DNA from: a virus
Lineage: Duplodnaviria > Caudoviricetes
Reading direction: 5' to 3' (one strand)
DNA: 64,000 nucleotides
IMG/VR virus record: IMGVR_UViG_3300043252_000005
Span: 1,101-65,100 of that record
Both the position numbers and the translations under genes were made by a program. Below are positions 34,362 through 43,964 of this stretch, in pieces. Position 1 is the stretch's first letter. Each line of letters begins with the position of its first letter. The notes under the pieces were generated by a model, which was given only the letters and a program-made list of their open reading frames with translations, did no database searches and was not told where the DNA came from.

Positions 34362-35426
34362 TTGTCCGGAACTGGCGCTTGGCCGACCATCGTCGATTTC
34401 GCGAACCGCACCGATAAAGACGGTACGACCAGCGATATCGCGGAGCTGCTTTCGCAGTGCAACTACATCTACGACGATATGCCGATCAAGCCGGCGTCGG
34501 AGATGGAGGGGCATAAGTTCACCTTCCGCACGTCGGTCCCTTCGGGCTACTGGCTGCCGTTCAATAGCGGCGCTCCTTCCCAGAAGTCGACCACGGCGCG
34601 CTCCGAGATTGGCCTCGGCCGCCTCGCGGATTTGAGCCAGGTTGACAAGGGCCTCGCCCGCATCTCCGGCGATTGGGAAGGCTACCGCGCCACTGAGGAC
34701 GAAGCGTTCCTCATGGGCATGGGCCAGACGATCAGCGGCACGCTCTTCTACGGCAACACGTGGTTCAATCCCGCGCAGTTCATGGGGTTGGCCGGCTTCT
34801 TCAACACGCTGAACACCTCGGCGCAGAACTCGAACAACATCATCGACGGCGGCGGCACTGGCTCGTCCAACGCATCGCTGTGGCTGATCGATTGGGGCGA
34901 GAAGGAAGTCTACGGGCTTGCCCCGCGCGACTCGAAGGCCGGTATCGTCGTCGACAATTACGGCGAGACGTGGCCGGGCCAGGACGCTTTCGGCAACCGC
35001 TTCCCGGCCTACAGCACGTGGTTCGAAATCATCACGGCGATCTGTCCGGAAGATTGGCGCCGCATCGTGCGCTACTGCAACCTCGATGTGACGAGCGCCG
35101 GCCTCGCCGGGCCGACTGCCGCTGACCTGTTCATCGGCATGAACACGATGGTGCAGAAGCTTCCGACCACGCCGCCCGGTGTCACCGGCAACAACAAGTC
35201 GGACGCGCTGCGCAATCCGGGCCAGAACTCCCGCGCGGTCTTCTACTGCGATCGTACCATTCGCCACTTCCTCGATGTCCAGGCACAGCGGCAGCGTAAC
35301 GTGCTGCTGACGAAGGATGACTACGACGGCAAGAGCGTGGAGACGTATCGCAACATCCCGATCAAGACGGTTGACCAGCTCCTCAATACCGAGAGCCGCG
35401 TCACTACCGCCTCCGGCCCGGTCTAA
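34362..35426 (+). CDS. Major capsid protein (Bbp17-like, HK97 fold)
   Basis: GAGGAG SD before TTG; IAELLSQ, GTLFYGN, WRRIVRYCNLDV, YRNIPIKTVDQLLNTE. Confidence 0.9.
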   Translation: MSGTGAWPTIVDFANRTDKDGTTSDIAELLSQCNYIYDDMPIKPASEMEGHKFTFRTSVPSGYWLPFNSGAPSQKSTTARSEIGLGRLADLSQVDKGLARISGDWEGYRATEDEAFLMGMGQTISGTLFYGNTWFNPAQFMGLAGFFNTLNTSAQNSNNIIDGGGTGSSNASLWLIDWGEKEVYGLAPRDSKAGIVVDNYGETWPGQDAFGNRFPAYSTWFEIITAICPEDWRRIVRYCNLDVTSAGLAGPTAADLFIGMNTMVQKLPTTPPGVTGNNKSDALRNPGQNSRAVFYCDRTIRHFLDVQAQRQRNVLLTKDDYDGKSVETYRNIPIKTVDQLLNTESRVTTASGPV

Positions 35427-35439
35427 GGAGCGCCAGGAA

Positions 35440-35976
35440 ATGCTGCAGGACGCAAAGGCGATCTTCAACTACCAGGCCAACCCGCTTTCGCTGGTGGGCG
35501 CTGGCGCCGCTACGATCGCCGCTCCGAACGTGTACGACGCGCTCGGGACCGGCGTCGGCACGCCGCCGCAGGTCATCATCGGCAACGTCGCCGTTTTCGG
35601 TTCCGACCTTGGCGTCGGGCACCGCAAGATGGAGATCCAGGCCAACATCGGCACGGCTTTCGCGAGCGCTGCCGCATCGACGCTCGAGATGGTGTTCCAG
35701 ATCGCGCAGGACACCGGGGCCGGTGGCGGCTATCTGCCGGGCGCCTGGCAGACGGTGGCAAGCACCGGTGAGCAGGCGGTCGCCAATCTCACCGCCGGCA
35801 CGCCGCTGCGCATGGAATGGCCCGTCGCGTTCCCGGCCGGCTTCTCGCCGCGCTTCGCCCGTGTTGCCTTCCTCACGACGGCGGCGGTTACGGCCGGCAC
35901 GATCGCGGCAGCCTTCGTGACGATGGTCCGCGACGACTACAGCGAGAAATATGCAGCTTCGAATTATACCGTTTGA
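35440..35976 (+). CDS. Bbp16-like capsid cement/decoration protein
   Basis: Follows MCP; beta-sandwich-like sequence, PRFARVAF...GTIAAAFV. Confidence 0.7.
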   Translation: MLQDAKAIFNYQANPLSLVGAGAATIAAPNVYDALGTGVGTPPQVIIGNVAVFGSDLGVGHRKMEIQANIGTAFASAAASTLEMVFQIAQDTGAGGGYLPGAWQTVASTGEQAVANLTAGTPLRMEWPVAFPAGFSPRFARVAFLTTAAVTAGTIAAAFVTMVRDDYSEKYAASNYTV

Positions 35977-35991
35977 GTAAGGACTTAGCCG

Positions 35992-36945
35992 ATGCCATGG
36001 CCGAAAGGCGTGCCGCGCGGCCCGCGTAAAGCGAAGGGACAAAGCATGACGAGCGATCCGCTTGACGACATGATGGCCGGCAATGGCGACACGCTTGGGC
36101 TTGAAGCCGAAGCGCCGAAGACCGCCGCCAGCCAGGAAGAGATCGCTCGCGTGCTGGCCGACCCGACCGTCACTGATATCATCCGCCAGTCGATCGACGC
36201 TGCGGTGCGCGCGCAGCTTGCCTTGGCCGTACCGGCGGTTCCGCCGCAGGGCGCCGACCTTTCCCTCTTCGCCGAGTTCAGCCGGACGATCACCGAGCTC
36301 GTCAACCAGGGCACGCCGCACAGCGAGAAAAAGGTTCCGCCCGAAGTCATGGAGCGGCGCGAGGCCGGGCGCAAGCAGATGCTCACGCTCATCAGCGAGC
36401 GCAACGCCGCAATCCGCGCCAATCCAGGCGATGACGCGCAGTGGCCGTTCTATCGTGTGATGGACTTCACGTTCATCCATGAAAGCTGGCTCACGCCGAT
36501 GACCCTCGACCAGGTGTCGAAGCGCATGCTGCCGACCGAGTTCTTCTTCGATGGCGTGCCGAACCGCGCGCTGATGCCGCTCAATGCCCATGCGAAGGCG
36601 ATCCATCGCGCGTTCATGCAGTGGACCGGTGGCAATGGCGTGCCGAACGCTCCGGCGCTGGAAGAGATCGCCATCACGCCGAACGGCATGTATTTCAAGG
36701 GCCAGATGCCGCAGACCATGCGCAAGCACAATTACAAGGTCGGCGAGATCCACAACGCCCATTTCGAGGAAGATCCGGACGTAATGGAGTTTCGGCAGCA
36801 GACCGGTACTGTCGGCCCGCTCGATCCGACCGCAAGCCATGTCCGCATCCTTGGCACCCTGGCGCAGCCGGCCGTGCAAAGCAGTAGCGGCGAGACTCCG
36901 CAGATGCGCGCCATGCGCCTCAGCGTTCCCGGCGGGACCGCGTAA
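35992..36945 (+). CDS. Conserved head-module hypothetical protein
   Basis: 317 aa ORF; basic N-terminus (start may be 36046). Confidence 0.7.
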   Translation: MPWPKGVPRGPRKAKGQSMTSDPLDDMMAGNGDTLGLEAEAPKTAASQEEIARVLADPTVTDIIRQSIDAAVRAQLALAVPAVPPQGADLSLFAEFSRTITELVNQGTPHSEKKVPPEVMERREAGRKQMLTLISERNAAIRANPGDDAQWPFYRVMDFTFIHESWLTPMTLDQVSKRMLPTEFFFDGVPNRALMPLNAHAKAIHRAFMQWTGGNGVPNAPALEEIAITPNGMYFKGQMPQTMRKHNYKVGEIHNAHFEEDPDVMEFRQQTGTVGPLDPTASHVRILGTLAQPAVQSSSGETPQMRAMRLSVPGGTA

Positions 36946-36954
36946 GGGTATCGC

Positions 36955-37842
36955 ATGGGCATCCCGCTCCCCCTTGGCGTCAATGGCGACGTTCCGCCCC
37001 CGGTAGGGGATCTGGCGAACGAAGTCATGGCCTATGTGCTGAGCGGTATCGGCCCGAGTCCGGCTGTCGATATCTACGGCGCGTTCAACGCGGTGGCCTA
37101 TGCGTCGGTGGTTGACGCGCTGACGACCACGGCCGGCTCCAGCGCGTTCACGGTTACGACGGGCGCCAACATCGCGGTCGGCTCGGCTGTCGACAGTGTG
37201 AATGTCCCGCCCGGCACGACGGTCGCGACGCTGGCGGTGAACGCCGGCACCTTCGCCTTCCCGATCATCGGCCTCGAATGCAGCTACCAAGCCGGGATTG
37301 CGCTGGTCACCAACCTGCCACAGACGGCGAACATCGTCGGCGCCACGATCACCGGCCCCGGCTGGCCGAGCGGCACGACGATCCTCTCCATTCAGCAGCC
37401 GTTTATCGCCGGCCCCGGCCCGCATCGGACGGAGGGTATCGCGGTCACATCTGCCGCGCCGCTCGTCAGTTCGCTGCCGCCCGGCAATCCTCTCGGCGGC
37501 AACGGACGCAATCGCTGCCTCTTCGCCCTCACGGCGTCCGGCGTCGCGACTGGCACGGATGCCGCAGCGATCTTCACAGGCGCCGGCATCAAGTTCGTCG
37601 GCACGGTGCAGCTGGAGCGTTCCTTCGACGGCGGCAACACCTGGGTCGTCGCCAACATCGGCGGCGGCGGCACGCTGGCGCAATACAATGCCGGGACGCC
37701 CGTCAGCTTCATTGCCGGCGAGTGCGAGCGCGGCGTGGCGTTCCGCTGGAACTGCATCGCATGGACTTCCGGCACCATCAACGTCCGGCTGAGCACGACG
37801 GGCCAGGCGGCCACGACGCTCGCCCTCAACGCATCGGTTTGA
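36955..37842 (+). CDS. Virion structural protein
   Basis: GTVQLERSFDGGNTW; Gly/Thr/Ala-rich. Confidence 0.7.
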   Translation: MGIPLPLGVNGDVPPPVGDLANEVMAYVLSGIGPSPAVDIYGAFNAVAYASVVDALTTTAGSSAFTVTTGANIAVGSAVDSVNVPPGTTVATLAVNAGTFAFPIIGLECSYQAGIALVTNLPQTANIVGATITGPGWPSGTTILSIQQPFIAGPGPHRTEGIAVTSAAPLVSSLPPGNPLGGNGRNRCLFALTASGVATGTDAAAIFTGAGIKFVGTVQLERSFDGGNTWVVANIGGGGTLAQYNAGTPVSFIAGECERGVAFRWNCIAWTSGTINVRLSTTGQAATTLALNASV

Positions 37843-37855
37843 CATGGGGAACGCG

Positions 37856-38356
37856 ATGAAGAAGTACGGTCTGCACCTCGCCATCCCGCTCCTGCTGTCG
37901 CTCAGCTGCATCGCGGCCGGCATCGCCTTGGCGCAGGCGCCCGGCGTGCCCAATCCCTACGCCATCGCGTCGCCGACCGGTGCCGAACAGGTCAACGTCG
38001 ACAACACCGGGCCGTATATCGCGACGGTGACTGTCACGGAGCTGCGCGACGCGGCCGGCTATGTCAAGCTAGTGCCGACGACGGGCACGACGTACACGCC
38101 GGCCACCAACATCTCCGTCATTCAGGCATCGCCGGCCGGCACGCTGGCCGCGTGGACGGTGAAGACGCCGGCCAGCCCGGTCGATGGGCAGCGCCTGCAG
38201 ATCTTCAGCACGCAGATCATCACGTCGATGACGGTCTCGGCATCGGCCGGGCAGACCGTGAACGGGGGCGCTGTCTCGGCGTCCTTCGCTGCTGCGAATG
38301 GCAATGTCGAGTTTATCTACTCGGCGTCGAACACGACTTGGGATCGAATTCAGTAA
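37856..38356 (+). CDS. Signal-peptide-bearing virion accessory protein
   Basis: MKKYGLHLAIPLLLSLSCIAAGIALA|QAPG; fibre-type beta domain PAGTLAA..VKTPASPVDGQ. Confidence 0.7.
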   Translation: MKKYGLHLAIPLLLSLSCIAAGIALAQAPGVPNPYAIASPTGAEQVNVDNTGPYIATVTVTELRDAAGYVKLVPTTGTTYTPATNISVIQASPAGTLAAWTVKTPASPVDGQRLQIFSTQIITSMTVSASAGQTVNGGAVSASFAAANGNVEFIYSASNTTWDRIQ

Positions 38357-38363
38357 GGAGTGC

Positions 38364-38864
38364 ATGGGTATGAAGAAGCTCTTTCTCTCGGCGCTCCTGG
38401 CCGCTACGGTCCTTGGCGCCGGTTATGCTGTGGCGCAGAACGCGCCCGGCAACGTGACGATCACCGCCCCGAAAGTCCTGACGGTCGGCCCGACCGATCT
38501 CTTTCAGGATGTCGTCGGCGGCATTCCGCAGGTCGGCAACCAGTATGCGACCGCGGGGCAGATCGCGGGCGTTCCGTCCTATGTCTACGCCGTGCCGCTG
38601 ACGGCATTCAGCCTCACGTTCGGCAACAGCCAGGCGTGGTACATCCTCAATCCGGCCGGCACGCTGGCGACGGGCACGATCACGTTTGCGCCGGCGCCGG
38701 CCGATGGGCAGCGGGAGTGCACCGTCTCGAGTCAGACGCAGACGGCGATCACCTTCACGGCGAATACCGGGCAGACGGTTGTCGGTGCTCCGACTTCGAT
38801 GGTCGCTGGCACGCCGGTCTGCTTCAGCTACGTCGCCTCCGTCGCAACGTGGTTCAAGGCGTGA
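38364..38864 (+). CDS. Signal-peptide-bearing virion accessory protein, paralogue of preceding gene (start 38364 or 38370)
   Basis: MKKLFLSALLAATVLGAGYAVA|QNAPG; PAGTLAT..ITFAPAPADGQ. Confidence 0.7.
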   Translation: MGMKKLFLSALLAATVLGAGYAVAQNAPGNVTITAPKVLTVGPTDLFQDVVGGIPQVGNQYATAGQIAGVPSYVYAVPLTAFSLTFGNSQAWYILNPAGTLATGTITFAPAPADGQRECTVSSQTQTAITFTANTGQTVVGAPTSMVAGTPVCFSYVASVATWFKA

Positions 38865-38867
38865 GAA

Positions 38868-39053
38868 ATGCCGCCCGTCAGCCAGGCGCAGCGCAGATTG
38901 ATGTGGGCTGCTGCGTCTAAGCCGGGCGGCGTCGGTGGCGTGCCGCAGTCAGTCGGCAAGGAGTTCGCGAAGGCCGATCCGGGCGGCAAGCTCCCGGCGC
39001 GCAAAAGCGGCGATCGGATGAAGGCGGTTCACGCGCGGACGAAGAAGGGTTAG
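38868..39053 (+). CDS. Small basic phage protein
   Basis: MPPVSQAQRRLMWAAA...PQSVGKEF. Confidence 0.7.
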   Translation: MPPVSQAQRRLMWAAASKPGGVGGVPQSVGKEFAKADPGGKLPARKSGDRMKAVHARTKKG

Positions 39054-39057
39054 GACC

Positions 39058-39285
39058 GTGGCGAAGAAGCGTTGGGTGCAAAATGCGACCGAGAATTCCC
39101 ACGGCCAATTCCGTGCGAAGGCTGAGGCCGCCGGCATGTCTACCGCTGCCTACGCCAAGAAGGAAGAGAATGCGCCGGGGCGCCTCGGCAAACAGGCACG
39201 CCTCGCCGAAAACCTGATGGCGCTCCCGCACAAGCACAAGGGCCGCGGCGACCGCATGCGCAGCGTCTACGCAAGGAGCAAATGA
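39058..39285 (+). CDS. Small basic phage protein
   Basis: KRWVQNA...GKQARLAENL. Confidence 0.7.
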   Translation: MAKKRWVQNATENSHGQFRAKAEAAGMSTAAYAKKEENAPGRLGKQARLAENLMALPHKHKGRGDRMRSVYARSK

Positions 39286-39683
39286 TGTCCGCGAAAGAGC
39301 GCATGTCGAAGGTCTACGCCGATAAGGCGGTCAAGAAGGAGCCTCCAAAGGAGGAGCCCAAATCCGAGAAGACCGAAAAGCCGGCCGAGGGCAAGAAGGA
39401 AGGCGGCGGTGCCGAGGCCGCGCCCAGCACCGCCAAGGAAGATATCGGCGCCAAGCATGGCGAGGCGCGCACGGCGATGCACAAGCGCCATTCGGCCGAA
39501 CGCCGCGACGCGCACGGCAATCACAAAGAGGTGATGGACCGGATGCATGCGCGCCACGAAAAGGAGCATCAGCAGCTCGCTCAGCAGCAGCAGGAAGAGA
39601 TGGCCGCGCAGGAAGCTGCGGGCGCCGCTCTGGCCGGTGGCGCTGGCGGCGGTGCGGCGGCGCCGGCTGGGGAGCCTGCGTGA
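39282..39683 (+). CDS. Lys/Glu/His-rich disordered protein
   Basis: ATGA coupling; AAGGAG SD. Confidence 0.65.
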   Translation: MMSAKERMSKVYADKAVKKEPPKEEPKSEKTEKPAEGKKEGGGAEAAPSTAKEDIGAKHGEARTAMHKRHSAERRDAHGNHKEVMDRMHARHEKEHQQLAQQQQEEMAAQEAAGAALAGGAGGGAAAPAGEPA

Positions 39684-40033
39684 TGTTTCAGAAGTTGGTC
39701 GACCTCGCTTACGACGATGAAGACGAATACGAGATGGCGAAAGCCTGCTCTGGTCCGATTCTGGCCGATCAGCCGAAATATCCCCGGGGCCTTCAGATCA
39801 CGCTGACGGACAAGGAATTCAAGAAGCTGGCCGAGGCCGGCGACGATTTCGACATGGACGACGCCATGATCGGCGGCGAGGTGCACGGCTTCTTCATGGC
39901 GCGGATCACCGGCGTGAACATGAACGAGACCGAAGGCGGCTCGAAATGCTCGATCACGCTGCAGATCCAGCAACTCGGCATCGAGAGCGAAGACGCTGAG
40001 GACCGCGAAGCGATGAAAGGGGCGAAGAAATGA
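39680..40033 (+). CDS. Acidic virion protein (possible capsid staple type)
   Basis: YPRGLQITLTDKEFKKL...SITLQIQQLGI. Confidence 0.55.
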   Translation: MMFQKLVDLAYDDEDEYEMAKACSGPILADQPKYPRGLQITLTDKEFKKLAEAGDDFDMDDAMIGGEVHGFFMARITGVNMNETEGGSKCSITLQIQQLGIESEDAEDREAMKGAKK

Positions 40034-40407
40034 TCCGCGACGACTCCTATCCGGCCGGTCTCGGCGCCAGTGGCGAGTACAAGGACGGTATGTGGCATCG
40101 GAAGGGCACCGAAAACCCTTTCGAGCAGCCCGAGCCGCTTACGCCGGTCCAGCAGGCGCAGGCCGATATCGAAGTGCTGAAATCGGCCATGACGATGATG
40201 GCTGGGCGCATGGCGACGCTTGCATCCGCCGTCGCCTCGCTGACGCCGGCCGCGCCAGTCACCGCGGCACCCGAACCGGCGCCAGTCGCCGCACCGCAGG
40301 AGCCTGTGGCTCCCGAAGCACCTTCGCCGCCAGCGCCCGAAGCGGTCACCGCTGCGGCCCCCGCTGCGCCGGCCGAGCCCGTAGCACCTGCCCCGCTGGC
40401 CATCTGA
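40030..40407 (+). CDS. Hypothetical protein with Pro/Ala tail
   Basis: ATGA coupling. Confidence 0.6.
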   Translation: MIRDDSYPAGLGASGEYKDGMWHRKGTENPFEQPEPLTPVQQAQADIEVLKSAMTMMAGRMATLASAVASLTPAAPVTAAPEPAPVAAPQEPVAPEAPSPPAPEAVTAAAPAAPAEPVAPAPLAI

Positions 40408-40440
40408 AGCAGGGTACATTTCCACGATCGGAGCGGTCGT

Positions 40441-43086
40441 ATGCGTAAGGCTTTGATGGTGATAGCGGCGGTCTTCATGGCCGCCGTTTCGTTCGTAGGG
40501 CTGCCGGCGGCGGCTCTCGCGCAAGGCTCTGTCGGCCAGGTCGGCGCGATTGTTCCGGGCGATCCTGCCATCTGGGCGCAGAACGGCTACGTCATGGACG
40601 GCGGCCCGGCGAGCGGCACCGGCCAGGGGAACGGCATCGGCCAGTTCCTCATGCAGTCGCGCGGCGGCAGCGTCGCTCCTTCCTCGGCAAATGGCTTCGG
40701 CCTCGGCCCGTTCCAGGCCAACGGCTCGGGCCAGTTCAACTCCCATGATTGCCGCTATGCCGGCACGCCGCAGTCGCCGGCCGGCTCCTATTTCCTCTGC
40801 TTCGATCCCGACACGACGGTCGGCAGCTTCTCGGGCGGCCTGCTCTCCTACGGTTCGATCGGCGTAGCGCCGCAGCTACCGCTCGCCTTCGATGTCAATG
40901 GCGTGCTCTACCAGTTTCCGTTCAGCGGAGCGGGTAGCGGCAATGTCATCGGTTCCGGCCCGACGACGGTTGGCGGCGCCGCATGCTTCGGCAACACGCT
41001 CGGCACGCTGATCGGAGCCTGCGCCAACCCGTTCGGCAACGTCATCGCAAGCGGCTCGGTATCGAGCGGCCAGTGCGCCGTCTTCACCGGCACCGGCTAT
41101 AACGTGCTCGGCGGCACGTGTGGATCAGGCGGCGGCGGTAATGTCACCGGCAGCGGGCCGACGACGGTCGGGCAGCCGTCCTGTTTTGGTAACGTGCTCG
41201 GCACGTCGATTAGCGCGTGCGGTAGCGGCATCATCGGCAACGTCTTTGCAAGTGGCGCATCGATAAGCGGCGACTGCCTCGTGTCGAACGGCTCCGGGCC
41301 GCCGGCCTATAATGTCGTCTTCGGTGCCTGCGGCTCCGGCGGCGGCGGTAATGTCACGGCAAGCGGCACGGCTGTCAGCGGCAATTGCCTGGTGTCCGAT
41401 GGCTCTGGGCCGCCGGCCTACAATGTCACATTCGGCACGTGCGGCAGCGGCGCCACCGGCGGCCCGTGGCAAGTCGAGACGACGAACGGCGTCAGCGTTG
41501 CGGCATTCACCTCGTTCCTGAACCTGCCGCAGAACCCGAGCTTTGCCACGTCGCCGACCGGCAACCCGACCGGCGGCACGCTGCTCAGCACCATTTCGAC
41601 GCTGAATGTGCAAGGCACGACGGCGAACGCCAGCAACCGCGAATTCCTGGTAGGCTTCGGCCTCACCAGCACTCTCGGCAATGGTGTCGCCAACAACAAC
41701 GGCGACAAAGTGACGCTCTACCTGGGCGCGGTCGGCAACAGCGGCACGGGAGATCTCTGGGCGTTCAATCCGCTGCTGACGCAATCGGCCGGCTCCGGCA
41801 CCTATAACGCCCAGGTCAACGAGACGGATCTCAACAACTTCAACGCCGATCGCGGTGGCACGGATGGCCCGAGCGGCTACCCTTCGCATGTCGCTGTCGG
41901 CATGTCCGTCTCTGGTGCCTCCGATTTCCACGGCTACACCAACACGGCCGGCATCGCGATCGACTCTTTTGGCGGGCCATCCGTCAACGTGCCGCTCTGG
42001 GCGCATGGGATTTCGTTCAATGGCTTCTACAAGTGGAACGCGATTGCCGACTACGCTCAAGCGCCAACTTTTCTGGCGCTTTTCGGTGGTCATTCTTACG
42101 GTATCGATTGTTCTCAGGCTTCTATCACGTCGGGGTGCCTGAAGCTTCAGAACGGCATCAACGGCGGCATCATCGGCCAGGAGAGTTCGTTCCCGGCCAA
42201 TGCGAAATTGCTGCGCTACGACGGCACGAACATTTACTTCGCCGAGACGGGTGTCGGCGGCGTCTTCATTGCCGCACCGCTGACGCCATCGTCAGCGAAT
42301 ACCTATGCGATCGGCGGCCCGTCGACACGTTTTGCGACGATGTACGCTAATGCATTCGATGCATCCGTGAACATGTTCGTTAACGGCACGCAGGTCGCGA
42401 CCGCCTCCGGCATCGCCGGACAGTGCGCGCAGTTCACATCGGCGCAGATGATCGTCGCAACCGGCTCGGCCTGCGGCTCGGGCGGCGGCGGTTCCGTCAC
42501 CTCTGTCTCGGCCGGCACCAACATGACGGTGAGCCCGACGACAGGCGCCGTCGTCGTGAACTTGTCGGCCACGCCGAACGGCCTCACGAGCCTCGGAGTC
42601 GGCACGTCGACAGTCACATCCACGATCACGGATAACGGCACGCTCGGCGTCTCCGGTGCCGCGTCGTTCTCGAGTGCCGTCGATCTGGCTGGCTCCGTCG
42701 AGATGAACGGCCTGATCAGCGGGACGCCGGCAAACGGCCTCTGCCTCACGAGCGCGTTCCAGGTTGTCGCGTGCGCGGTGCCGGGCGGCGGCGTGACATC
42801 GGTCACATCCGGCAATGGCGACATCTCCGTCAGCCCGACGACTGGTGCTGTGGTCATCACGCTCAATCCCACGCCGATCCTGACCGCCTTGACGGTGGGC
42901 ACTGTCACGAACATCGCGACGATCACGGACAACGGCACAATGGCTGTCTCGGGAGCTGCGGCGTTCAATAGCTCATCATCGTTCGCCGGCTCCGTCCAAA
43001 TGACCGGTTTGACCGGCGGCACGCCGACGAAGTATGCTTGCTTCGACAGCACAGGGTTGCTCGTCGCCTCTACTTCAGCTTGCTAA
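40441..43086 (+). CDS. Fibre-like protein with signal peptide and paired-Cys repeat modules (881 aa)
   Basis: MRKALMVIAAVFMAAVSFVGLPAAALA|QGS; repeated GNVxxSG...C-x(9-17)-C-GSGG; duplicated C-terminal ~95-aa unit. Confidence 0.75.
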   Translation: MRKALMVIAAVFMAAVSFVGLPAAALAQGSVGQVGAIVPGDPAIWAQNGYVMDGGPASGTGQGNGIGQFLMQSRGGSVAPSSANGFGLGPFQANGSGQFNSHDCRYAGTPQSPAGSYFLCFDPDTTVGSFSGGLLSYGSIGVAPQLPLAFDVNGVLYQFPFSGAGSGNVIGSGPTTVGGAACFGNTLGTLIGACANPFGNVIASGSVSSGQCAVFTGTGYNVLGGTCGSGGGGNVTGSGPTTVGQPSCFGNVLGTSISACGSGIIGNVFASGASISGDCLVSNGSGPPAYNVVFGACGSGGGGNVTASGTAVSGNCLVSDGSGPPAYNVTFGTCGSGATGGPWQVETTNGVSVAAFTSFLNLPQNPSFATSPTGNPTGGTLLSTISTLNVQGTTANASNREFLVGFGLTSTLGNGVANNNGDKVTLYLGAVGNSGTGDLWAFNPLLTQSAGSGTYNAQVNETDLNNFNADRGGTDGPSGYPSHVAVGMSVSGASDFHGYTNTAGIAIDSFGGPSVNVPLWAHGISFNGFYKWNAIADYAQAPTFLALFGGHSYGIDCSQASITSGCLKLQNGINGGIIGQESSFPANAKLLRYDGTNIYFAETGVGGVFIAAPLTPSSANTYAIGGPSTRFATMYANAFDASVNMFVNGTQVATASGIAGQCAQFTSAQMIVATGSACGSGGGGSVTSVSAGTNMTVSPTTGAVVVNLSATPNGLTSLGVGTSTVTSTITDNGTLGVSGAASFSSAVDLAGSVEMNGLISGTPANGLCLTSAFQVVACAVPGGGVTSVTSGNGDISVSPTTGAVVITLNPTPILTALTVGTVTNIATITDNGTMAVSGAAAFNSSSSFAGSVQMTGLTGGTPTKYACFDSTGLLVASTSAC

Positions 43087-43097
43087 GGATCAACCAC

Positions 43098-43355
43098 ATG
43101 CGGATCATCATCGGAATTGGCCTGCTGCTCATCCCGTGCGCCGCGCTCGCGCAAAGTGCTGCCCCAGCGGCGGCCGATTATAATTCCCAAGCGCTCAGCC
43201 AGCGTTACATGCAGGAACTCAACAACAGCATTCAGTGGCAGGCGCGCGCGCTCGCCGACGAGGATCAGTTGAAGGCGCTGCAGAAGCAGATCGACGACGA
43301 GAAGAAGGCGCCCGCGCCGGCTACTGCGCCTCCGGCTGCCGATCCGCCGAAGTAG
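43098..43355 (+). CDS. Signal-peptide-bearing short coiled-coil protein (possible fibre chaperone)
   Basis: MRIIIGIGLLLIPCAALA|QSAAP; AAGGA SD. Confidence 0.65.
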   Translation: MRIIIGIGLLLIPCAALAQSAAPAAADYNSQALSQRYMQELNNSIQWQARALADEDQLKALQKQIDDEKKAPAPATAPPAADPPK

Positions 43356-43364
43356 GATATTTTC

Positions 43365-43961
43365 ATGGGGAACAGCCCGACCGGACCCGCGGATATCGTC
43401 AATCGAGCAATCGTGTTGATGGGCGGGTTCAATTCCAATGTTCCTCTGACCGGCGTGCCGCCGATCTTCGACGGCACGCCACTCGGTCTCGCAGCTGGCG
43501 CTGCCTACGGCGGTGTCGTGCAGACGGTCGGCAAGGCGTGTGGATGGGACTTCGCGCGCAACGTCGCGGTGCTCGTGCTCAGCGGCAACAGCCCGCCTTA
43601 TGGCTGGTTCGCAGAATACCTCTATCCGACGAACGGCATCGAAGTCCGGCAGGTTCTCCAGTCCGTCGCGGCACAGGTCGCGTCCGATCCAAACAACCCG
43701 GCGCCGCAACTCTGGCAGACCGCTAACAACGTCGTGGCCGGCGCCACGCGCAAGGTCATCTGGTGCAATCTCGTGAACGCGCTGGCGGTCATCTCCGGTC
43801 AGCCAATTGAATCGGCATGGGATGCGGGATTTACCGAGGAAGTCGTGCGCCTTCTGGCCTCCGACCTCGCGATGGCGGTCGCTGGCAGGCCGGAGACGGG
43901 CCAACTCGAATATGAACGATCGAACAATGCCGCCCAGATCTTCCACGGGCGGGAGGGTTGA
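43365..43961 (+). CDS. Tail adaptor (T7 gp11-like) paralogue 1
   Basis: PADIVNRAI, WDFAR, EYLYPTN, WDAGFTEEV. Confidence 0.75.
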   Translation: MGNSPTGPADIVNRAIVLMGGFNSNVPLTGVPPIFDGTPLGLAAGAAYGGVVQTVGKACGWDFARNVAVLVLSGNSPPYGWFAEYLYPTNGIEVRQVLQSVAAQVASDPNNPAPQLWQTANNVVAGATRKVIWCNLVNALAVISGQPIESAWDAGFTEEVVRLLASDLAMAVAGRPETGQLEYERSNNAAQIFHGREG

Positions 43962-43964
43962 TCC

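Noticed and set aside
35404-37953. Long antisense ORFs (also 26053-27807, 29357-30481, 34173-35468, 45722-47230, 47231-48607, 57335-58363, 5965-7069)
   Set aside because: Shadow frames of high-GC3 genes on the opposite strand; Arg/Ala-rich, no motifs
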